From contig CAZQSU010000004.1 of assembly GCA_964595905.1 (NCBI GenBank), positions 179 to 64,178 of the forward strand: a stretch of 64,000 nt of DNA. Reading direction: 5' to 3'. Each line of letters begins with the position of its first letter. Positions within the stretch are counted from its first letter, which is position 1. Position numbers and translations under genes: made by a program. Positions 18,347-29,006 of the stretch are shown here, one piece after another. A model generated the notes under the pieces. It saw only the letters and a list, made by a program, of their open reading frames with translations, was not told the origin of the DNA and made no database searches. This DNA is from an uncultured Iamiaceae bacterium (GTDB lineage Bacteria; Actinomycetota; Acidimicrobiia; Acidimicrobiales; Iamiaceae).

Positions 18347-19048
18347 ATGGGGCACACCACTGATCGGCGCGGCGAGTCGGCGACATCGGGTTGGACCACG
18401 TCGCTGGTGCTCACGGCAGGGTCGTTCACGGTGCAGCGGCGCAGCGGCGATCCCGAACACCGCGCCCGGCTGGTGCAGATCGCCGAGTTGCTCCGCACCG
18501 TCGCCCATCCGGGTGTCGAGTCGTTCGTCGCCCTCGAGGACGACGGTGCTTCGACGACCCTGGTCACGGCGTTCGCGGGCGGCCGGGACCTGTCGACCGG
18601 CGCGCCGCGCCGGGCCCGCGACCTGGCGCGGCTCGGCGCGGCGATCCTGGCGATCCTCGCCGACCTGCACGACCTCGGCGTCACCCACGGCCCGCTCACC
18701 GCGTCCGCGATCCGCTTGCATGCCGAAGCTCCGGTGCTGTGCGGCTTCGTCGACGGTCGCTCGTACCCGGTCGACGAACCGGCGTCGTGGTGGGCCGCAC
18801 GCGCCGTCGACGAACGGTCGGTCGGGCAGCTGCTCGCCGACCTCGTCGACGATGCCGGCCCGACGCGCCGTCACCGGATCGTCGAGCGGGTCGACCGCGC
18901 CCGGCTCCGGCGTCTGGCCGAACGGATCGCACACGGTGATCTCGACCGTGCGGACGTCGCGGCCGGCGCCCTGCGACGCCTCGGCGGTCGTCGCCACCGG
19001 CGACGGCGTCGGCCGGCAGGTCGCAGCGATGTCAGGTCGAGGTCGTGA
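18347..19048 (+). CDS. Hypothetical protein with a degenerate protein-kinase-like core
   Basis: Strong third-position GC in this frame. LADLHDLGVTHGPLTASAIRL resembles the kinase catalytic loop (LHxxGhhHRDLKxxNhLL) but reads HGP instead of HRD. No obvious VAIK Lys or DFG motif is present. Confidence 0.5.
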   Translation: MGHTTDRRGESATSGWTTSLVLTAGSFTVQRRSGDPEHRARLVQIAELLRTVAHPGVESFVALEDDGASTTLVTAFAGGRDLSTGAPRRARDLARLGAAILAILADLHDLGVTHGPLTASAIRLHAEAPVLCGFVDGRSYPVDEPASWWAARAVDERSVGQLLADLVDDAGPTRRHRIVERVDRARLRRLAERIAHGDLDRADVAAGALRRLGGRRHRRRRRPAGRSDVRSRS

Positions 19049-20435
19049 GCCACCGGGACGCGACCCGGTCGAACCGCTCCCGTCGGCGGCCGACCTCCGC
19101 GTCGCCGAGCGCGTCCACCACGGCGGCGACGACCCCTTCGACCTCGTCGGGCACCACCGCGTCGACGACGCCGAGTGCCTCGAGATCGGTGCTCGTCAGA
19201 CGAAGCAGTTCCGACACCTCCGCGGCCCGGGACGCGTCCCGGTACAGGATCGCCGCCGCGCCCTCCGCGCCGATCACCGAGAACACCGCGTGTTCCTGGA
19301 TCAGCAGCCGATCGGTGACGCCGAAGGCCAACGCTCCGCCGCTGCCGCCCTCTCCGACACACACGCCGACGGTGGGTACGGGCGCCTCGGCCAGGGCGAG
19401 GAACACCCTGGCGATCGCCGCCGCGATCCCGGCCTGTTCGGCGTCAGAACCGGGTTCGGCTCCCGGCGTGTCGATCAACGTGACGATGGGCAGACGACGT
19501 CGCGCCGCGAGCGAGATGGCCCGTTCGGCCTGCGCGTAGCCGGTCGGCGACGGACGCCCGTTGCCCGCGTGGCGGTCCTCCGCGATCACCACGACCCGCT
19601 GTCCGTCGACGGTTGCCAGGCCGCACCGCACCGTCGGATCCACGGCGGCGAGTCCGGTCCAGGAGTCGACGAGTGCTGCGGCGACGTCGATGCCGCTGGG
19701 GCGACCCGGAGACCTGGCGGCGACGACCTCGGCCCAGGCGGTTCGCGATCCCCCACCGGTCGGTGCTCCCGTGCCGGTCGGCGCGTCGGCGCCGGTGCCG
19801 GGCAGCCGTCGGCCGGGCAACGGCGTCGCGGTGCGGCCGAGCGCGCCGTCGACCCAGTGCGCGACGGCGTCGGGTTCACCCACGAAGTCGACGAGCCCGG
19901 CAGCGAACGCGGTCTCGGCGGTGTGGGACCGTCCTTCGACCGACACCCCCGTGAACGCCTCGGCGACCCGTGGCCCGGCGAAGCCGATGGTCGCCCCGGC
20001 ATCCGCCGCGATCACGTCGCACAGCGACGCGTACGATGCGAACACGCCGCCCGTGGTGGGGTGGTGCAGGACGGCGACCGACCCGAGGCCGGCCGCACGC
20101 AGGCGCCCCATCGCCGCGGCGGTGCGCGCCATCTGGATCAACGAGACCATGCCTTCCTGCATGCGGGCGCCCCCGCTACGTGCCTCGACCAGCACCGGGA
20201 GCCCGAGGTCGACCGCGCGGTCGATGGCCCGCACGACCTTCTCGCCGTGCACGACGCCCATCGAACCGCCGAGCACGTCGAAGTTCCCCTCGACGACCAC
20301 CGCCTCGGCGGCCCGACCGGTGCGCACCGACTCGTGGTCGAGGCCTTCGAGCTTGTCGGCATAGCCGGGGAACGCGAGCGGATCCGCCGAGGCGAGATCG
20401 GTGTCCCATTCGTCGATGATGTGCAGCAACGCCAT
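19032..20435 (-). CDS. Acetyl/acyl-CoA carboxylase carboxyltransferase, fused beta (AccD) and alpha (AccA) domains
   Basis: Starts at ATG 20435 (MALLHIIDEWD...). The N-terminal half is AccD-like (GGSMGVVHGEKV, GGARMQEG). A Gly/Thr/Pro linker (GTGADAPTGTGAPTGGG) follows. The C-terminal half is AccA-like (LIDTPGAEPG, GEGGSGGALA). Confidence 0.8.
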   Translation of the reverse strand: MALLHIIDEWDTDLASADPLAFPGYADKLEGLDHESVRTGRAAEAVVVEGNFDVLGGSMGVVHGEKVVRAIDRAVDLGLPVLVEARSGGARMQEGMVSLIQMARTAAAMGRLRAAGLGSVAVLHHPTTGGVFASYASLCDVIAADAGATIGFAGPRVAEAFTGVSVEGRSHTAETAFAAGLVDFVGEPDAVAHWVDGALGRTATPLPGRRLPGTGADAPTGTGAPTGGGSRTAWAEVVAARSPGRPSGIDVAAALVDSWTGLAAVDPTVRCGLATVDGQRVVVIAEDRHAGNGRPSPTGYAQAERAISLAARRRLPIVTLIDTPGAEPGSDAEQAGIAAAIARVFLALAEAPVPTVGVCVGEGGSGGALAFGVTDRLLIQEHAVFSVIGAEGAAAILYRDASRAAEVSELLRLTSTDLEALGVVDAVVPDEVEGVVAAVVDALGDAEVGRRRERFDRVASRWLTTST

Positions 20436-20529
20436 GCCCTCCACCTTCGCAGCCCCGCCAGCTGCCGGCACGATTCGTCGCGGCGGCGACCCGACGCGGC
20501 GGCGACCCGACGCGCGGTCGTGAGCGGGC

Positions 20530-21660
20530 TCAGCGCAGACGGAACGCCACCTCGGTCTCCAGCAGCCGACCCCGTTCGGTGAGCAACCAGCGCGGCCCGT
20601 CACCCACCCCCCACGACGCATCGACCCGGTCGACCCGGTGCACCAGGCCGGCGAGGTTTCCGGTGACCTCGTCCGGGTCGAGCGCATCGAGGGGCACCCC
20701 CGCGCCGGTGCGCAGGAGCAGCTCCAGCCGTTCGATCCGGGCCGCGTCGGCGTCGAGCACCTCCGACCCGGCGACCGGCGAGTGCCCCTCACAGAGCGCG
20801 TCGATGTAGCGCTCGGGGGTGTGGACGTGCCAGTAGCGGCGACCCCGCCGGTACCCGTGTGCCGCGCAGCCGACGGCCGCGTAGTCACCACCCAACCAGT
20901 AGGTGAGGTTGTGGATGCAGCGGTGCCCTGGACGGGCCCAGTTGGAGATCTCGTACCACTCGAAGCCGGCGTCGGCCAGGACATCGGTGGCCAACCGGTA
21001 CTTGGTCGCCTGGTCGTCGTCGTCGGGATGCCGGGAGGCGTCGGCGGCCAGCGGGGTGCCGGGCTCGACACTCAACGCGTACGCGCTGACGTGCACCGGG
21101 TCGAGTGCCAGCGCCGCGGTCAGGGTCGCTTCCCAGCTCGCGACCGACTCGCCTCGGGCGCCGTGGATGAGATCGACGTTGAAGGCGATTCCCGCGTCGT
21201 GGGCCGCTTCGGCGGCACGCTCGACGTTCGCAGGATCATGGGTGCGGCCCAACGAGGTCAGGACCGCCGGGTCCATCGACTGCACCCCGATCGACAGCCG
21301 GTTCACGCCGGCGTCCGCGAACGTCGCGAGCAGATCACCGGTCACGTCGTCGGGGTTGCACTCCACGGTGATCTCGGCATGCCCGGCCGCTCCGGTGGCG
21401 GCCACGACCCGCATCAGGTGCTCGGGGTCGACCAGACTCGGGGTGCCGCCGCCGACGAACACGCTCGTGACGTCGTCGACGTCGGCGACCGCGCGGCCCG
21501 CCTGGTGGATGCACGCGTCGAGGTACCGCGAGGCGAGTCGGGTGCGGTCGGTCCAGGTCGCGAATGCGCAGTAGTCGCAGCGATGGGCGCAGAAGGGCAC
21601 GTGGACGTACACGCCGAAGCGGGCGCCGCCGGCTGCGACGTCGTCGTCCGGCCCGGTCAC
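20530..21660 (-). CDS. hemW: Radical SAM heme chaperone HemW (HemN-like, oxygen-independent coproporphyrinogen oxidase family)
   Basis: The GTG at 21660 overlaps the rsmE stop (GTGA). The CxxxCxxC motif is VHVPFCAHRCDYCAF. Confidence 0.85.
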   Translation of the reverse strand: MTGPDDDVAAGGARFGVYVHVPFCAHRCDYCAFATWTDRTRLASRYLDACIHQAGRAVADVDDVTSVFVGGGTPSLVDPEHLMRVVAATGAAGHAEITVECNPDDVTGDLLATFADAGVNRLSIGVQSMDPAVLTSLGRTHDPANVERAAEAAHDAGIAFNVDLIHGARGESVASWEATLTAALALDPVHVSAYALSVEPGTPLAADASRHPDDDDQATKYRLATDVLADAGFEWYEISNWARPGHRCIHNLTYWLGGDYAAVGCAAHGYRRGRRYWHVHTPERYIDALCEGHSPVAGSEVLDADAARIERLELLLRTGAGVPLDALDPDEVTGNLAGLVHRVDRVDASWGVGDGPRWLLTERGRLLETEVAFRLR

Positions 21661-22403
21661 GTGGCGGCCCTCCGTCGATCGGCCAGCAACGTCCCCGCGG
21701 CGAGCGCGGCCGTCTCGGCACGCAACACGTGGGTCCCCAACGACGCGCAGCGCGTGGCACGCCCCAACTCGGCCTCGGTGAACCCGCCTTCGGGCCCGAC
21801 CAGCAGGCACCTGACGTCGTCGGTCGGGGCGGGGGCACCCATCCGGGCGACGACGGCGCCATCGCGCCGCACGACGTCGGCATACGCCTGGACGGGTTCC
21901 ACCGTGGGCAGCCAGGCCCGGCGGCACTGCATCGCCGCTTCGACCGCGATCCGCTCGAGCCGCTGATGCCGCTTCCGCGCCGTTGGCGGATCCCAGCGCA
22001 CCACGGCACGGTCGGTGGTCATGGGAACGATCACGTCGACCCCGAGTTCGGTGAGATGACGGGTGACGTCGTCGACCCGGGATCCCTTGATCAGCGCGAA
22101 CCCCACCGTGATCGGTGCACTCGGTGGGGGTACCACGACGATCTCACCGGTGACCTCGACGTCGGTGCCGAAACGTGCCGGTCGCCACGATCCTCGCCCG
22201 TCGCCCACCGTGAACCGATCGCCGTCGCGCAGTCTGACGACGCGCGAGAGGTGGTGGCGGTCGGCGTCGGCGAGCACCGGTGCGGCGAGGTCGTCGACGA
22301 ACACGTGCGGACCGCCGGTGCCGTCCGGGTCGGCACCGCCCGGTCGGATGCCGGCGCCGGCCGGGTCGTCGGGCCTCACGGACGCACCACCGCAGGGTCT
22401 CAA
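21657..22403 (-). CDS. rsmE: 16S rRNA (uracil1498-N3)-methyltransferase RsmE
   Basis: PHVFVDDL lies near the N-terminus and the C-terminus has LLVGPEGGFTEAEL. The start is uncertain: TTG 22403 overlaps the dnaJ stop, and GTG 22379 is an alternative. Confidence 0.8.
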   Translation of the reverse strand: MRPCGGASVRPDDPAGAGIRPGGADPDGTGGPHVFVDDLAAPVLADADRHHLSRVVRLRDGDRFTVGDGRGSWRPARFGTDVEVTGEIVVVPPPSAPITVGFALIKGSRVDDVTRHLTELGVDVIVPMTTDRAVVRWDPPTARKRHQRLERIAVEAAMQCRRAWLPTVEPVQAYADVVRRDGAVVARMGAPAPTDDVRCLLVGPEGGFTEAELGRATRCASLGTHVLRAETAALAAGTLLADRRRAAT

Positions 22404-23518
22404 CCCTTGAACGCGGAGCGGACCCGTTGGAACAGCCCTTCGCCCTGTTCGTCGATCTCCTCGCCTCGGAGCGCTCCGAGTTGCCTGATCAGTTCGGCCT
22501 GGTCGTCGTCGAGGTCGGTGGGCACCTCCACGGTCACGGTGACGAGCAGATCGCCGCGTCCGCGGCCACCCAGACGCGGCACGCCCAGCCCGCGTAGGCG
22601 CACCACGGTGCCCGGCTGGGTGCCACGGTCGATCCGGATCGCCTGGGTGTCGTCGAGGGTGTCGACGGTGATCTGCGCGCCGAGCGTCGCCTGGGCGAAG
22701 CCGATCGGCAGCTCGAGGTGCAGGTCGTCACCGTCGCGGGTGAACCGCTCGTCTTCTTCGACGGCCAGGTGGACGTACAGGTCGCCGTACGCGCCGCCGC
22801 GGGGGCCGACCGCGCCGAGGCCGCTCAACCGCAGGGTCGAACCCGAATCGACCCCGGCCGGCACGTCGACGGTGTAGGTCTTCTCGGTGACGGTACGCCC
22901 TTCGCTGTTGCACGCCGGGCACGGGTGTTCGATCACCTTGCCCCAGCCGCCGCAACGGCCGCACACCCCCGCGGTGACCATCTGACCGAGCAGGGAGTTG
23001 CGGACGCGGCGCACCTGGCCGGTCCCGCCACATTCCGGGCACGCGATCGGCGACGTCCCCGGCGCGGCTCCGGTCGCCTCGCAGTCCTCGCACGGCACCG
23101 CGGTACGGACGGTCACGGGAACCTTGGCGCCGAACACCGCGTCGACGAATGCCACCCGGGCGGTGACCTCGAGGTCCTGGCCCGCCGGCGGACCCGACGG
23201 CCCCGTGGCACCGCCCATGCCACCGCCGAAGATCTGGCTGAAGATGTCGCCCAACCCGCCACCGCCGAATCCGAAGGGATCGCCGCCGCCCATGGCGCCG
23301 ACCCCGTCGGGCCCGTACCGGTCGTAGCTGGCGCGCTTGTCGGGGTCGCTCAACACCTCGTAGGCGACCGCGACCTCCTTGAAGCGGGCCTCGGCGTCGG
23401 GGTCGTCGGGGTTCGCGTCGGGGTGCAGTTCCCGTGCCCGCTCGCGGTAGGCCTTCTTCAGCTCGGTCTGGGTGCAGGTGCGTTCCACCTGCAGCAGTTC
23501 GTAGTAGTCCGTTGCCAC
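22400..23518 (-). CDS. dnaJ: Molecular chaperone DnaJ
   Basis: J-domain with HPD (YRERARELHPDANPD), a G/F-rich region, and CxxCxGxG zinc-finger repeats (CEDCEATG, CPECGGTG, CGRCGGWG, CPACNSEG). Confidence 0.95.
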   Translation of the reverse strand: MATDYYELLQVERTCTQTELKKAYRERARELHPDANPDDPDAEARFKEVAVAYEVLSDPDKRASYDRYGPDGVGAMGGGDPFGFGGGGLGDIFSQIFGGGMGGATGPSGPPAGQDLEVTARVAFVDAVFGAKVPVTVRTAVPCEDCEATGAAPGTSPIACPECGGTGQVRRVRNSLLGQMVTAGVCGRCGGWGKVIEHPCPACNSEGRTVTEKTYTVDVPAGVDSGSTLRLSGLGAVGPRGGAYGDLYVHLAVEEDERFTRDGDDLHLELPIGFAQATLGAQITVDTLDDTQAIRIDRGTQPGTVVRLRGLGVPRLGGRGRGDLLVTVTVEVPTDLDDDQAELIRQLGALRGEEIDEQGEGLFQRVRSAFKG

Positions 23519-23525
23519 GAAACCG

Positions 23526-24527
23526 TCAGCCTTCCGTCAGTCGTCGTCCGAGCCGCCGGCTCACCAGGGCCACTGCGGCCAACGCCTGGGGGTAGTCCAT
23601 GCGCGTGGAGCCGAGCAGGGCGAGGCTGCCCGCGGGCGCACCGTCGATCTCATAGGGTGCCACGACGACCGAGCAGTCGGCGAGCGGCTCCATGCCGGTC
23701 TCGGTTCCGATCGCGACCTGCAGGCCCCGATCCAGCACGTCGCGCAGCAGCGACACCACGACGAGTTGTTGCTCGAGGATGGTGAGCACCTGACGGACCG
23801 TGTCGATCGCCTCGAAGGATCCGGCCATCTGGGCCGTGCCGCCGACGTAGACCTGCTCGGGTTCGGGCACCCCCGACATCTCCGACGCGGCACACGCGCG
23901 CAGGACCCGGTCGACCGCCCGGTCGCCGGTGAGTTCGATGTCGACGATGTCGATCACCGGCCGACCGTCCAGGTGCCGGGCGATCGCCGTGGCTGCACGA
24001 GCGAGCACCTCCTCGGAGACCTTCGTGGTGAGCTCGATGGTGCGCTTGTCGATGCTGCCGTTGGCGAGCACGGCGACGAACAACACGGTCCGGGGCGCGA
24101 GTTCGACGAGCTGCACCGAGCGCACCGGCGCGGGCGCCGTCGCGGGTGCGACCACGACGGCTGCCTGGTGGGTGAGCCCCGCGAGCAGATGGGTGGTCGC
24201 GGTGAGCATGTGCTCGATCTCGCCGTGGGTGGTGTCGAAGAACTCGCGCACGCGGGCGGCCTCGTTCTGCCCGAGTCGGATCCGTGGGCCGGTGAGATCG
24301 TCGACGAACGCCCGGTAGCCCTTGTCGGTCGGGACCCGCCCGGCACTCGTGTGAGGTTGGTAGAGGTAGCCGTCGGCCTCGAGCTGGGCCATGTCGTTGC
24401 GGACGGTCGCGGACGACACGTCGACGCCGGGGGTCCGCGCCACGTGAGACGAACCGACCGGCTGCGCGGTGTGGATGTACTCGGAGACCACGGCCCGCAG
24501 AATCGTCGACTTTCGTTCATCGAGCAT
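23526..24527 (-). CDS. hrcA: Heat-inducible transcription repressor HrcA
   Basis: MLDERKSTILRAVVSEYIHTAQPVGSSHVA is a typical HrcA winged-helix N-terminus. The gene lies upstream of dnaJ and has a CIRCE-like repeat in its leader. Confidence 0.9.
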   Translation of the reverse strand: MLDERKSTILRAVVSEYIHTAQPVGSSHVARTPGVDVSSATVRNDMAQLEADGYLYQPHTSAGRVPTDKGYRAFVDDLTGPRIRLGQNEAARVREFFDTTHGEIEHMLTATTHLLAGLTHQAAVVVAPATAPAPVRSVQLVELAPRTVLFVAVLANGSIDKRTIELTTKVSEEVLARAATAIARHLDGRPVIDIVDIELTGDRAVDRVLRACAASEMSGVPEPEQVYVGGTAQMAGSFEAIDTVRQVLTILEQQLVVVSLLRDVLDRGLQVAIGTETGMEPLADCSVVVAPYEIDGAPAGSLALLGSTRMDYPQALAAVALVSRRLGRRLTEG

Positions 24528-24596
24528 GCGACATTCCTCGTGCAGAGAGGCCTGGAGAAAGGTGCGGGGTGACCGACGCGCCGACCGCGCCGGGTC

Positions 24597-24623
24597 CTGG
24601 CACTCGATGATACCGAGTGCCAG
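24597..24623. promoter_or_regulatory. CIRCE-like HrcA operator CTGGCACTC-N9-GAGTGCCAG
   Basis: Perfect 9-bp inverted repeat with a 9-nt spacer, 70-96 nt upstream of the hrcA ATG (24527). It matches the GCACTC-N9-GAGTGC core of the CIRCE consensus TTAGCACTC-N9-GAGTGCTAA. Confidence 0.8.
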
Positions 24624-24751
24624 TCACCGTGCGGCGAAGTGCGGGACCCGGACGCTGCGCGGCGAACCGGCTCATCCGCATGGCTCGACGAGCGCGGTCC
24701 GAGTAGGGTCCAGCGCTCATCGAGCCGCTGAGTGCGGAAGAAGACGGGGAA

Positions 24752-25684
24752 ATGATCGATCGAATGAACCGACCGCGGCGGCGCGTCGCCGCGTCGCTCG
24801 TGGGTGGCGGCCTCGCCGTCGCGTTCCTCGCCGCAACCACGATGTTGCCGTCGTCCGCGGGGGCGACGTCGGTGACGACCGGCGGTACGGCGAGCGTCGC
24901 CATCGGATTCTCCGGCTTCGACCTTCCGGTCCCGCAGACGTCGACGTTCACGGGTTCGTTCGACCCGGCGACCGGCACCCTGACTGCCGAGGTCGCCGAC
25001 GTGCCGATCGACCTCGCGCTGCCGATCAGCGGCGACACCTACGGCTTGACCGGTCGACTCTCGAACCCGACGGCCTTCACCGGGTCGATGAGCGGAACCA
25101 CCGTCACGCTCACCGGAACGGCACGCTTCGCGTTGACCGGCGCCACGATCCCGGGCATCGACCCCGCGTTGACCGGCGCGCTCGGCCTGCTCGGGTGCAA
25201 CCTCGACTTCGAACCCACCTTCACCGGCACCTACGACGCTGCCGCGGAGACGATCACGGTCACCGACACCGCCATCACCGTTCCCCGGTTCCCGAGCCTG
25301 TGCGCGGTCGCTCTCGACACGCTGCTCGGCTCGCTCGGTGCCGACCTCCATGTCAACGAGCTGCTCGGTCAGCTGCCGCCCGGGTCGGCCACCATGACAC
25401 TGGCGTTCGACGCCCCGCTCGTGACCACGACGACGAACGCGCCGGTGGACACATCCGACGCCCCGACGAATTCGGTTGCGCCGACCGCGCCCACCACTTC
25501 GCCGGACCCGACGGTCACCCTCGCGCCCGGCTCCACGGCCGCTCCGACGACCACGGCCGCGTCGCATCCCCGCCCCACCGCCGCCGATCACCGGGCATCA
25601 CCCGAGCGGTCGTCGCACACGCCGTCGCGGCGCCACGCCCGGGCGGCGAGCGCGGTCCGGGCCACGCCGTCCTACACCGGCTGA
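24752..25684 (+). CDS. Secreted hypothetical protein with Thr/Pro-rich C-terminal tail
   Basis: The N-terminus carries basic residues, a hydrophobic core and AGA (RRRVAASLVGGGLAVAFLAATTMLPSSAGA), consistent with a signal peptide. The central domain is Thr/Gly-rich and beta-like. The tail is T/P/A-rich. I recognised no family. Confidence 0.55.
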   Translation: MIDRMNRPRRRVAASLVGGGLAVAFLAATTMLPSSAGATSVTTGGTASVAIGFSGFDLPVPQTSTFTGSFDPATGTLTAEVADVPIDLALPISGDTYGLTGRLSNPTAFTGSMSGTTVTLTGTARFALTGATIPGIDPALTGALGLLGCNLDFEPTFTGTYDAAAETITVTDTAITVPRFPSLCAVALDTLLGSLGADLHVNELLGQLPPGSATMTLAFDAPLVTTTTNAPVDTSDAPTNSVAPTAPTTSPDPTVTLAPGSTAAPTTTAASHPRPTAADHRASPERSSHTPSRRHARAASAVRATPSYTG

Positions 25685-25729
25685 CCACCTCGAACCGGGC
25701 GGCCGCCGTGCGCACCGCCGCGGCGGGGC

Positions 25730-27517
<1,788 letters not shown>

Positions 27518-27716
27518 GGCAGCAACCACGCCATCGTCCACCTTCGTCGGCGGCACGGCGTGGATCTGCCAGCGTACCGACCGGCCCTCCCGGGATCCGA
27601 AGGCGCCCGACGGCCACCGCTGTCCGCCTCCGACGGCTCCAGGCCGGTTGTACCGCGTGCGGTCCGCCCCGCTAACGTGGAACCGCTGTATTCGGCCGTC
27701 GTCGACGAGGACAGAA

Positions 27717-27977
27717 GTGGCGAACATCAAGTCGCAGATCAAGCGCAACCGACAGAACGAGAAGGCGCGCGCCCGCAACAAGGCCGTCCGGTCGGAGATG
27801 CGGACGCGCACCAAGCAGGCGTTGGCCGCCGCGGACGAGGGCGCCGACACGGCCGACGAGGCACTGCGTCAGGCGGTCAAGCGGATCGATTCTGCCGCCG
27901 CGAAGGGCGTGATCCACCGCAACGAGGCCGCTCGCCGCAAGTCCCGGCTGATGCGCAAGGTCAACGCCGCGAGCTGA
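27717..27977 (+). CDS. rpsT: 30S ribosomal protein S20
   Basis: The GTG at 27717 is preceded by GAGGA. The protein begins [30 protein letters not shown] and is 86 aa. Confidence 0.9.
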   Translation: MANIKSQIKRNRQNEKARARNKAVRSEMRTRTKQALAAADEGADTADEALRQAVKRIDSAAAKGVIHRNEAARRKSRLMRKVNAAS

Positions 27978-29004
27978 CTCCGCGGCCTCGGCGCGAGCCC
28001 GCCCCCCTCCGGCCGAGTCGACACAACCGGGCGACCAGGACCTCGAGGACGAGTTCGCCCGGCCAGGCGACTCCCCCACCCCGCAGCGTCAGGTCCGCCT
28101 CGGCGCACAGGTCCACGGCGCGCCGCACCCCGGCGCCGCCGAGCGCCCGCGAAGCGGCCAGGGCCTTCTTCGCGGGAAACGTCGATCCCTTCATGCCGAG
28201 CAACGCCGCCGCGTCGCGCTCACCGGCGACCTCCGCGCCCGACAGGCGTGCGATCCGCAGGTAGTTCGACGTGAGCGTCGCCATGATCTGCAGCGGGTGA
28301 CGCCCACCGGCGCCGAGCATCCGGTGCAGCGCGTCGAGTGCGCCGGTCTCGTCGCCCCGGTCGATCGCATCGGTGAGCTCCCACGGCGGCACACCACCGG
28401 CCTGGCCGAGAAACGGTTCCACGGCGGCCGCGTCGAGCCGCACGTCGGGTCCGAACGCGCTCTCGAGCATGCGCAGCAGTGCGGGAGCCGAGGACAGGTC
28501 CTCGCCGGTCCGTTCCCGGATGAGCGTCTGCGCGTCGCGGGTCAGGCTGACCGGTGCTTCGTCGAACAGCTCCGACCACCACGTGTCACGCGCCCCCCGC
28601 GACGTGCCGGGTTCGGTGGCGACGACCTTCCCACCGGCGGCGTCGATGGCGGCGGACAGCTTCTTGGGTACGGCCGCGAGACGCTGCTGGTCGGCTGCGA
28701 GCTCCCACACGAGCACGATCACCGACGTCGCCAGGGGCGCTTCGAGGTAGGCGACGAGCGGCGCCACGTCGTCGCCCTTCGAGAACCGTCCCGCGCCGCG
28801 GGCGACGACGACCCGGTGGTCGGCGAACATCGGCGGCGTCGACGCGGCGTCGACGACGGCTCCCAGGTCGTAGGTGTCGTCGGTGAACTCGTCGAGGGCG
28901 AGACTGCGGTCGGCGGTTCCGAGCAACTCGTCGACCAGCGCGATCACCGCATCGGCGACCAGGACCGCGTCGCTCCCGCGGACGAGGTGGATCGGCGCCG
29001 GCAT
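27961..29004 (-). CDS. holA: DNA polymerase III subunit delta
   Basis: Starts at ATG 29004 (MPAPIHLVRGSDAVLVADAV...), 347 aa. It holds the conserved position between comEC and rpsT. Its 3' end overlaps rpsT convergently by 17 nt. Confidence 0.8.
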   Translation of the reverse strand: MPAPIHLVRGSDAVLVADAVIALVDELLGTADRSLALDEFTDDTYDLGAVVDAASTPPMFADHRVVVARGAGRFSKGDDVAPLVAYLEAPLATSVIVLVWELAADQQRLAAVPKKLSAAIDAAGGKVVATEPGTSRGARDTWWSELFDEAPVSLTRDAQTLIRERTGEDLSSAPALLRMLESAFGPDVRLDAAAVEPFLGQAGGVPPWELTDAIDRGDETGALDALHRMLGAGGRHPLQIMATLTSNYLRIARLSGAEVAGERDAAALLGMKGSTFPAKKALAASRALGGAGVRRAVDLCAEADLTLRGGGVAWPGELVLEVLVARLCRLGRRGAGSRRGRGVSSRR

Positions 29005-29006
29005 GC

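Noticed and set aside
18513-20582. 689-aa plus-strand ORF across accDA
   Set aside because: It is antisense to a well-supported carboxyltransferase gene, and its translation is Arg/Pro/Gly-rich and low in complexity.
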